Assembly: GCA_028286705.1 (NCBI GenBank)
Contig: JAQBRC010000043.1
Location: forward strand, 1-38,226
Direction of reading: 5' to 3'
From: Candidatus Nomurabacteria bacterium
GTDB lineage: Bacteria > Patescibacteriota > Minisyncoccia > Phycocordibacterales > UBA9973
Length of the DNA stretch: 38,226 nt
Every line of letters starts with the position of its first letter. Positions within the stretch are counted from its first letter, which is position 1. This document shows positions 7,929-14,220 of this stretch, in pieces. A program made the position numbers and the translations under genes. The notes under the pieces are model-generated. The model was not told the DNA's origin, did no database searches, and worked only from the letters and a program-made list of their open reading frames with translations.

Positions 7929-8675
7929 ATGAAAAAAATCTTTATTGCCCTTCTTGTACTTAGTTCTATATTCCTAGGAGCTCCTCGTGTTAACGCACAG
8001 GAAAGTTGTGGAGCTATTAATAGTGCCAACTACGATGCGTGCTGCAGTCCATCGCTTGATACAAGTGCGGTGAATGACAAGCAGTGTACTACGTACGAAG
8101 CATCGTTAAGCACTGCTGCTGCTCAGCAAGACGGGGAAACTCCTCCTGATTCTGCGTGTATGCCTCTAAATCAGCAGAATGAATATGCCTGTTGTCATAC
8201 AGGGGGAACGCTTAGTACCACCATGCAAAGAGCGTGTATAGACTATGAGCCTACCGTGAGTGGTCAAACAGCTCCAAGATCCAGCACTGTTAATACGGAT
8301 AACGCGTCATATAATGCAGCGCTAGCTCCAAGCACAGCTGACCAAAAGGCTGCAGCCACTTGTAGTGCCATTAAGTTCAAGACACTCCTTGATATTGCTA
8401 TTTGGGCAAAATGTATTATCGGAGCAATTATTATCCCTGGTATCTTCACATTGGCATTCGTAGTCTTTCTATGGGGTGTATTCAAATTTGTCCGCTCATC
8501 GGAAAAGACCGACAAGGAAGAAGGGAAGCAGTTTATCTATATGGGACTTATCGGATTATTTGTTATGGTATCAGTCTGGGGAATCATCCGTATCGTTACT
8601 ACCACCTTTGGTCTGGATACTGCCGTTCCACTACTCCAGACTGACCCCCTGAGCATTGATAAGGCGTCTAAGTAA
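7929..8675 (+). CDS. VirB2/TrbC-like pilin paralog 3 with duplicated Cys-rich ectodomain
   Basis: 248 aa. Signal peptide ends PRVNA. Two copies of C-x10-CC-x13-C-x2-YE follow, and the C-terminal module is FTLAFVVFLWGVFKFVRSSEKTDKEEGKQFIYMGLIGLFVMVSVWGIIRI. Confidence 0.65.
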   Translation: MKKIFIALLVLSSIFLGAPRVNAQESCGAINSANYDACCSPSLDTSAVNDKQCTTYEASLSTAAAQQDGETPPDSACMPLNQQNEYACCHTGGTLSTTMQRACIDYEPTVSGQTAPRSSTVNTDNASYNAALAPSTADQKAAATCSAIKFKTLLDIAIWAKCIIGAIIIPGIFTLAFVVFLWGVFKFVRSSEKTDKEEGKQFIYMGLIGLFVMVSVWGIIRIVTTTFGLDTAVPLLQTDPLSIDKASK

Positions 8676-8750
8676 TCCACTGCTAGACAAAGCGTTTCGT
8701 GGTATACTTTTTATACCTGTACTTAACCAGGAATAAGCAAATAATTAATT

Positions 8751-9167
8751 ATGAAAAAAGCAATTTTTAATGTTAGTGCACTCTCTACTCTTCTTGTACC
8801 CGCTGTAGCTTTGGCTCAGAACCCAAATTTTAACTATATTAACTCATTCGTTGGTCAGGGTCTTGTATACCTTCGTCTAGCAGTGACTGTCCTCACTATC
8901 CTGATGACAGTGTACTTCTTGTACAACGTATTGCGTTTTATCATGAACACAGACGCAACTAAGGTTGCTGATCTTCGCAAGGCGATGATCAACGGCTTGA
9001 TCGGCTTGTTTGTTGCAACTGCTGTATGGGGAATCATCCGCCTAGCAGGAAGCGTAACTGGCGTTGATACTATGTCTGGCTCACCAGCAGTTACTTGTCC
9101 TCCAGGATTGAAATACAATCAGGCGGCAGGTACTTGCGGCACATCTACATCAGTCCTAGGAATATAG
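8751..9167 (+). CDS. VirB2/TrbC-like pilin paralog 4
   Basis: 138 aa. Signal peptide ends AVALA. The module is LTILMTVYFLYNVLRFIMNTDATKVADLRKAMINGLIGLFVATAVWGIIRL. A C-terminal tail carries 2 Cys. TGGTATACT sits at 8700-8708 upstream. Confidence 0.6.
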   Translation: MKKAIFNVSALSTLLVPAVALAQNPNFNYINSFVGQGLVYLRLAVTVLTILMTVYFLYNVLRFIMNTDATKVADLRKAMINGLIGLFVATAVWGIIRLAGSVTGVDTMSGSPAVTCPPGLKYNQAAGTCGTSTSVLGI

Positions 9168-9174
9168 TGTTGTC

Positions 9175-9519
9175 ATGATCGCCTATGCCGCCACACAAAC
9201 AGGGGACGCGCTAGACGTTACGCTTTCTAGGGTTAATGCAAACATCGTCAATCCGGCAATCGAGTTTGCATTCATCGTTGCGTTCGTTATATTCATCTGG
9301 GGTGTGTTTCAGTTCATCCGAAACGCTGGCGATAAGGATAAGCGTCAGGAAGGCAAGGATCATATGCTTTGGGGAATTGTGGGGTTTGTGATTATGTTTA
9401 GCGTCTTTGGTCTCATCACACTTCTAGGCAATACGCTTGGACTTAGTGGTCTCACCATTAACGGCAAACAACAAACGTTCGTTCCTCCGTCAGTTACTGA
9501 ACTGCAATATCCTAAATAG
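9175..9519 (+). CDS. VirB2/TrbC-like pilin paralog 5 (no obvious signal peptide)
   Basis: 114 aa. The module is FAFIVAFVIFIWGVFQFIRNAGDKDKRQEGKDHMLWGIVGFVIMFSVFGLITL. TATAGT (9163-9168, overlapping the stop of paralog 4) lies 6 nt before the ATG. Confidence 0.6.
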   Translation: MIAYAATQTGDALDVTLSRVNANIVNPAIEFAFIVAFVIFIWGVFQFIRNAGDKDKRQEGKDHMLWGIVGFVIMFSVFGLITLLGNTLGLSGLTINGKQQTFVPPSVTELQYPK

Positions 9520-9528
9520 GCAAAGAAA

Positions 9529-9565
9529 AAAGACCTTCGGTATATACCGAAGGTCTTTGGTTTTT
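9529..9565. terminator. bidirectional rho-independent terminator
   Basis: AAAGACCTTCGGTAT/ATACCGAAGGTCTTT forms a perfect palindromic stem (9529-9558). A-run lies upstream and GGTTTTT downstream. It sits between convergent genes. Confidence 0.85.
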
Positions 9566-9579
9566 GTGCAAAGAACAGT

Positions 9580-10287
9580 TTAGTTAAAAGGAGTGTTTGC
9601 TAGCTCTATGTCGCAGTCTGTGTCTGTGACAATAATAGCGTATGATCCGTCACCAATTCTTTCTTGAACAACGTTTACATGTCTTGGGGGCTTAATAATA
9701 TGTCCGTACATTATGCCTTGATATTTACATGTATCCTTTGCCTTGAAGTGTCGTGTTGTACCCGCATATACGGTTGTATATTTAGGATACGGATCACTGG
9801 AGGTTTCTGAGGCTTTCATTTCTGTGGTTTTTGGAGGCAAACTCGGGGTAGGAACTTTTTCCTTACCGTTGTATACGTCATATCCCCACAGGCAAACTCG
9901 CCACACGATTACAATGGATGCAATAATCGCTAACACTAATAAGGTGTTGCACCATAATGCAGACCAGCTTTTAATCCCAAAATCCATTTTCCATGAAAAG
10001 GAAAACAAATCTCTTGGAAAAAACATCCAGATTAGAACCACTGCTAGTATTAGAAGTAGTGCCCATAGGATGTACCAGCCGAATAAGTGCCATAGCATAA
10101 CGCTTCCCCCCAATACGATTATTAATAGGAAGATTAAAAGATAAGGAATAATCCCTAAATTTTTGAACGTTTGCGCTCGCTTCCGTAACATCTTTCTTCC
10201 AAGGAAGAGTAGAATGAGAATTAAAGCGCAAAAGATGAATGGAGGAGTATTAATCGTTGCGAAAATTTTTTCAAAAAAATTAAGCAT
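9580..10287 (-). CDS. hypothetical 4-TM membrane protein with about 95-aa C-terminal soluble beta-rich domain
   Basis: The start is set at ATG 10287-10285 (MLNFFEKIF...) rather than 10362. It overlaps the upstream stop as ATGCTTAA and is preceded by AGAAGGGGGG. Four hydrophobic helices are followed by ...YTTVYAGTTRHFKAKDTCKYQGIMYGHIIKPPRHVNVVQERIGDGSYAIIVTDTDCDIEL. Confidence 0.55.
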   Translation of the reverse strand: MLNFFEKIFATINTPPFIFCALILILLFLGRKMLRKRAQTFKNLGIIPYLLIFLLIIVLGGSVMLWHLFGWYILWALLLILAVVLIWMFFPRDLFSFSWKMDFGIKSWSALWCNTLLVLAIIASIVIVWRVCLWGYDVYNGKEKVPTPSLPPKTTEMKASETSSDPYPKYTTVYAGTTRHFKAKDTCKYQGIMYGHIIKPPRHVNVVQERIGDGSYAIIVTDTDCDIELANTPFN

Positions 10288-11329
10288 TTTTAATTTCCCC
10301 CCTTCTTTTAAATGGCCGTCTTCTTTGATCAGTACCATCATCTGCAAAATCGGTAATCTCAAGATTTGCTTCTACCAAGTCTTGCATAGGACTTGCGTGG
10401 TTGCCACCTAAATACAAACGGTCTAGTCCTTTTTTCCCGCCCCAGGCTGCATTGATTTTAGCTAAGCCGTTAGCAGATTGTTTAACCATTTTGATTTTGA
10501 TGTCAGCGTCTCTTTCGCGGAATTTAAGTTCTGTGTCATTCTGTGCATCTTGAAGTTTGTTAAGCTCAAGGCCAGTTTGTTTAGTGAATACCGCTGCTTT
10601 AGATTTATTTTCTTCTTTTGCAATATCTTGCTCAGAATCAAGAAAACCCTTTGAGCGTTCCGCAATATCAACTGCGATAACTGCCACTTTGCATACATTA
10701 AATCCTACGGCACCAAACTCTTTCTTGTTCAAAGCATCTATTCTGTCCCAGACATCGTCTTTTACAGTAGGGTCGTCATTGGTATTAATAGCTCTATTTT
10801 GTATAAAACTATGTTTATTTCCCCAGAGACGAAATGCTTCAACCACAAAGGATGTGCCATACACTAAGAAATCTTCAACCGTCTTTGTTAAAAGAGGATG
10901 CAGAATTTCAAATGAAATTTGAAGGATCATTTCGATACTCGCACCGTCGTTTGTTGTAATTTCTACAACTGCTGGGTGTGACTCAACTTTATTTAAGTGG
11001 TCGACAAACTCTTGGCGAGTGCCAATTATTAAATTAGAGGTGAGAAATTTTCGATAAGATTTGTATTTCTGCTTACCGTGGTCTGGATTACCAGGATTAT
11101 CAATTGTCGCACTCTTTGCTGTTTCTTCGTTAGAAACGAGCTCTGTAAATTCTAGTTTGGTCAAACCTTTTCCGAATGGCCATCCTAATATTATCAGGGA
11201 GGGAGGATTCTTTGTTGGGTCCGTCGTATTCTTTGGATCATACATAAAGGAATCAATCTCCTTGTCAAATTTGGTGGTGATGTACCAGTTCCCGGCTTTG
11301 GGAGAAAGGAACGTGATTAATTTTGGCAT
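10280..11329 (-). CDS. SPFH/band-7 (stomatin-prohibitin-flotillin)-like protein, no TM segment
   Basis: 349 aa. The pattern read by eye is ...ITTNDGASIEMILQISFEILHP...FVVEAFRLWG...FGAVGFNVCKVAVIAVDIAERSKGF, followed by a charged coiled-coil stretch (EQDIAKEENKSKAAVFTKQTGLELNKLQDAQNDTELKFRERDADIKIKM) and a basic tail. The family call is tentative. Confidence 0.45.
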   Translation of the reverse strand: MPKLITFLSPKAGNWYITTKFDKEIDSFMYDPKNTTDPTKNPPSLIILGWPFGKGLTKLEFTELVSNEETAKSATIDNPGNPDHGKQKYKSYRKFLTSNLIIGTRQEFVDHLNKVESHPAVVEITTNDGASIEMILQISFEILHPLLTKTVEDFLVYGTSFVVEAFRLWGNKHSFIQNRAINTNDDPTVKDDVWDRIDALNKKEFGAVGFNVCKVAVIAVDIAERSKGFLDSEQDIAKEENKSKAAVFTKQTGLELNKLQDAQNDTELKFRERDADIKIKMVKQSANGLAKINAAWGGKKGLDRLYLGGNHASPMQDLVEANLEITDFADDGTDQRRRPFKRRGEIKNA

Positions 11330-11365
11330 ATCTTTAGTTTTTAAGTTACAAATTTATTTGTTTTT

Positions 11366-11394
11366 ATCATAGCACAAAATTGTCAAATTGTCAA
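11366..11394 (-). promoter_or_regulatory. near-consensus sigma70 promoter of the SPFH-like operon
   Basis: Minus strand reads TTGACA (11394-11389), 17 nt, TGC-TATGAT (-10 at 11371-11366). A second TTGACA copy sits 8 nt downstream (11386-11381). The -10 lies 36 nt upstream of ATG 11329, implying a leader of about 30 nt. Confidence 0.65.
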
Positions 11395-11421
11395 TGAATA
11401 TAAGGGATTTTGAGACAACAC

Positions 11422-11446
11422 AAAAGCCCCATAAATATGGGGCTTT
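11422..11446. terminator. bidirectional terminator downstream of the tRNA cluster
   Basis: AAAAGCCCCAT-aaat-ATGGGGCTTTT, with U-runs available in both orientations. Confidence 0.75.
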
Positions 11447-11457
11447 TGTGTGTAATG

Positions 11458-11533
11458 TGGTGCGCTCAGAGGGATTCGAACCCACGACCGTCTCCTTAAG
11501 AGGGAGCTACTCTACCAACTGAGTTATGAGCGC
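11458..11533 (-). tRNA. tRNA-Lys (anticodon CTT), CCA encoded
   Basis: Reverse complement: GCGCTCATAACTCAGTTGGTAGAGTAGCTCCCTCTTAAGGAGACGGTCGTGGGTTCGAATCCCTCTGAGCGCACCA. The cloverleaf folds by hand, with loop CT-CTT-AA. There is one mismatch each in the T stem and the anticodon stem. Confidence 0.8.
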
Positions 11534-11555
11534 GTACGTGTACCTATGTACAAGG

Positions 11556-11637
11556 TGCTGGGAGGGAGACTTGAACTCCCAAGCCTTGCGGCATTAGTTC
11601 CTAAGACTAACGTGTATACCAATTCCACCATCCCAGC
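11556..11637 (-). tRNA. tRNA-Leu (anticodon TAG), long variable arm
   Basis: Reverse complement: GCTGGGATGGTGGAATTGGTATACACGTTAGTCTTAGGAACTAATGCCGCAAGGCTTGGGAGTTCAAGTCTCCCTCCCAGCA. All stems pair. CCA is not encoded. Confidence 0.9.
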
Positions 11638-11692
11638 ACCTTGTACACAGCAAGTGAAATAATACCCTAAAAGGTATTTTATTTCAACAGGG

Positions 11693-11775
11693 TGCCCGGG
11701 GTGGGACTCGAACCCACACCCGCTAAAGCGGAAGACATTTTAAGTGTCTCGTGTCTACCATTCCACCACTCGGGC
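11693..11775 (-). tRNA. tRNA-Leu (anticodon TAA), long variable arm
   Basis: Reverse complement: GCCCGAGTGGTGGAATGGTAGACACGAGACACTTAAAATGTCTTCCGCTTTAGCGGGTGTGGGTTCGAGTCCCACCCCGGGCA. There is one A:C mismatch in the acceptor stem. Confidence 0.85.
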
Positions 11776-11805
11776 ATTAGCTATTCGTATTGTTAAACAG
11801 TACGG

Positions 11806-11877
11806 AGGTCTGGGCGAGAATCGAACTCGCGTATAGTTCTTTTGCAGAGAACCGCCTTACCACTTGGCCACCAGACC
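11806..11877 (-). tRNA. tRNA-Cys (anticodon GCA)
   Basis: Reverse complement: GGTCTGGTGGCCAAGTGGTAAGGCGGTTCTCTGCAAAAGAACTATACGCGAGTTCGATTCTCGCCCAGACCT. The discriminator is U, as is typical for Cys. Confidence 0.9.
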
Positions 11878-11900
11878 CGATTACGGGCCTCACTATCTTA

Positions 11901-12242
11901 CTATTGTTTCAACAGTTCGTCGATACGTCGGCTAGCCTTTTCTCCTAGATCAATTTCTACGTCCAGGAAGGGGATAGTACGGATCTTGAGGAACTTCTTT
12001 ATCTCGTCACGCATGTCAGCACGCTTGCGCTTCAGGAAGTTTAAGGCTGACTCTTCGCCGGTTTCTGGCATGACAGTGATGTAGATGGTAGCGCGACGAC
12101 CCTTTTCAAATAATTCAACGCGGTTAACGGTGATAAGAGCAGTCTTGTTGCTTTCGCGTTCAATAACGCGAGCAGCCATTTCCTTTACCTGTTCTTCGAT
12201 CTTCTGGTCACGTGGTGACTGTTTTGCTGCTAGTTGTGTCAT
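11901..12242 (-). CDS. rbfA: ribosome-binding factor A
   Basis: 113 aa: ...RDQKIEEQVKEMAARVIERESNKTALITVNRVELFEKGRRATIYITV...LNFLKRKRADMRDEIKKFLKIRTIPFLDVEID. It lies directly downstream of infB, which is the conserved order. Confidence 0.85.
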   Translation of the reverse strand: MTQLAAKQSPRDQKIEEQVKEMAARVIERESNKTALITVNRVELFEKGRRATIYITVMPETGEESALNFLKRKRADMRDEIKKFLKIRTIPFLDVEIDLGEKASRRIDELLKQ

Positions 12243-12243
12243 T

Positions 12244-13725
12244 TTATTTTGTTACGTAGATAAACGCTTCTAAGATGTCACCAGGAGCGATGTCGTTCTT
12301 GCATTCAACAAGGATGCCGCACTCTCCGTCAGTTACTTCACGCACCTTCTGCTTAGCCTGCTGCAGTTCAACAACAGTACCGGTTGTCAGGTTGAATTCA
12401 CGACGAATCACTGACACCTTTGCGCCGTCAGTGATGCTGCCGGATTCAACACGGCAACCAAGCACCTGACGCTCCTTAGTTTTTGAGAAAGTCTTCAGTA
12501 CTTTTGCGGTACCAATCACTTCACGAGTCTCAATGCGAGGACGACGCTTTTCAAGCTCAACCTCAAGCCATTCTGTGAGCTTGTAGATGATGTCGAAAGT
12601 TTGCACAGTTGCCTGAACCTTTTCCTGAATATCGTGTGCACTCTTATCAATAATTACATTGAAACCAAGGATAATAGTATCCTTGTCACCCTGAGCATGC
12701 TTAATATCAGCCTCGCCGATGTTTCCAACGGCTTTGGTGATAATGCGGATATGGAGTCCTTCCACGTTCATCTTCTTGATCTCGCGCTCTACAGCCTCTG
12801 CAGTGCCGTATACGTCAGTCTTGATGATGATAGGAACAACCTTCTCGCCATCCTTTGTACGAGCATCAGCAGTCTTAACTGTTGCTGTCTGCTCTTCAAT
12901 ATAGTTCTCAGCGTCACGCTTCTTGTCGAAGACAACTACAGGAACACCAACACTTGGCATTTCGTCAAAGCCAACTAACTGTACTGGAGTGCTTGGGCCT
13001 GCTTCAGCAATGGTCTTGCCGAGAAAGTTTTCCATAATACGGGTTGTTGTGATTGCTGTACCAGCTACAACGAACTGACTCTTCTTAAGGGTACCGTCTT
13101 TAACCATAAGAGTAGCCGTAATACCACGCTGCTTGTCGAGCTTTGATTCGATAATAATCCCTTCCGCATTCTTGCTTGGAGTTGCCTGTAGTTCTTCAAG
13201 ATCTGCAACCAAGAGGATTGTTTCTAGCAGTTCTGGAATACCGGTCCCAACTTTAGCTGAGATAGCATTCCATGGAATGTCCCCACCATATCCTTCAACC
13301 AACACTTCCTGTTCAGCTAGCATCTGCTTAGCCTTTTCGATGTTTGCACCAGGACGGTCAATCTTGTTGATTGCAACGATAAAAGGAATCTTTGCATTGC
13401 GGATAGTGTTAAGTGCCTCAATTGTCTGTGCCTTTACGCCGTCTTCAGCTGAAACCACAAGAATCGCAATGTCAGCAGCAATAGCGCCACGCTCGCGCAT
13501 GCCCGTGAAGGCAGCGTGTCCTGGAGTGTCGAGGAAGGTAATGCCACGTTCGGTACCCTGATAGGGAATACTGATCTGGTACGCACTCAGGTGCTGAGTA
13601 ATACCCCCAGCTTCTCCTGCGGTTACGTTTGCGCTACGAATGTAGTCGAGCAGTGTCGACTTGCCGTGGTCGATGTGACCCATGACTGCGACTACTGGTG
13701 GACGAATTGTTGTGGTGTTGTTCAT
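12244..13725 (-). CDS. infB: translation initiation factor IF-2, minimal form starting at the G domain
   Basis: 493 aa: RPPVVAVMGHIDHGKSTLLD, DTPGH, NKID, then domains II-IV. There is no N-terminal extension. The start overlaps the upstream stop (ATGA). Confidence 0.95.
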   Translation of the reverse strand: MNNTTTIRPPVVAVMGHIDHGKSTLLDYIRSANVTAGEAGGITQHLSAYQISIPYQGTERGITFLDTPGHAAFTGMRERGAIAADIAILVVSAEDGVKAQTIEALNTIRNAKIPFIVAINKIDRPGANIEKAKQMLAEQEVLVEGYGGDIPWNAISAKVGTGIPELLETILLVADLEELQATPSKNAEGIIIESKLDKQRGITATLMVKDGTLKKSQFVVAGTAITTTRIMENFLGKTIAEAGPSTPVQLVGFDEMPSVGVPVVVFDKKRDAENYIEEQTATVKTADARTKDGEKVVPIIIKTDVYGTAEAVEREIKKMNVEGLHIRIITKAVGNIGEADIKHAQGDKDTIILGFNVIIDKSAHDIQEKVQATVQTFDIIYKLTEWLEVELEKRRPRIETREVIGTAKVLKTFSKTKERQVLGCRVESGSITDGAKVSVIRREFNLTTGTVVELQQAKQKVREVTDGECGILVECKNDIAPGDILEAFIYVTK

Positions 13726-14198
13726 AAATTGAGAGGTTGTTTAGCTTGTGTAAGTGCGTCTGCTTCTTCGTTAGTGAGGGAAGTCTCTGGCTTACCAGCG
13801 ATAATTTTCTTTGCGTATACGCCGACATGGTTGCGATTGGTGATTACTGAAAGCACATATCCGTCACCAAGTTCATCCAGCAGTCCGGAAGCGAAGCTTT
13901 GTTCGCCGCCAGCGTTATCGTATGCATTGTATCGAACGAGTGAGTATCCACGAATGCTGCGCTTTACGCGTGCATCAATGTATTCCAGTCCTTCCTTGTG
14001 CGCTTCCAGAGTATCTTCCAGCCCAGAGACCTTCTGAGTGAGACCCAAGAGGGTGTCTTCCAAATTGGCACCGTCCTTGCCATTCATGAATACACGAAGC
14101 TTCTTTCGCAGCCTACTTACGAGAAAAATAAGGATACCTACGGTAATTGCGAGCACTATCGTTATCACAACCAGCATTAATGGTATACTTTGTCCCAT
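13722..14198 (-). CDS. DUF4446 family membrane protein
   Basis: 158 aa. An N-terminal TM is followed by a coiled coil, then GYSLVRYNAYDNAGGEQSFASGLLDELGDGYVLSVITNRNHVGVYAKKI, which matches my memory of the DUF4446 signature (RYNAF..GG..SFS.ALLD). Confidence 0.75.
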   Translation of the reverse strand: MGQSIPLMLVVITIVLAITVGILIFLVSRLRKKLRVFMNGKDGANLEDTLLGLTQKVSGLEDTLEAHKEGLEYIDARVKRSIRGYSLVRYNAYDNAGGEQSFASGLLDELGDGYVLSVITNRNHVGVYAKKIIAGKPETSLTNEEADALTQAKQPLNL

Positions 14199-14206
14199 AA
14201 GCAGGC

Positions 14207-14214
14207 ATTATACT
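14207..14214. promoter_or_regulatory. overlapping divergent -10 boxes in a 22-nt intergenic spacer
   Basis: Plus strand TATACT (14209-14214) lies 6 nt before ATG 14221. Minus strand TATAAT (14212-14207) lies 8 nt before ATG 14198. Confidence 0.5.
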
Positions 14215-14220
14215 ATTTTT

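Noticed and set aside
10288-10362. The longer start (10362) for the 4-TM protein ORF.
   Set aside because: It would overlap the upstream SPFH-like gene by 83 nt. ATG 10287 gives the ATGCTTAA coupling overlap, an SD-like AGAAGGGGGG, and a normal N-terminus ahead of TM1.
14038-14220. The long N-terminal extension of the cysteine desulfurase ORF (track start 14038).
   Set aside because: The first 61 codons run antisense through the DUF4446 gene and have no similarity to desulfurases. The family N-terminus (IYLDFASSTP) begins right after ATG 14221, which also has a -10 box 6 nt upstream.
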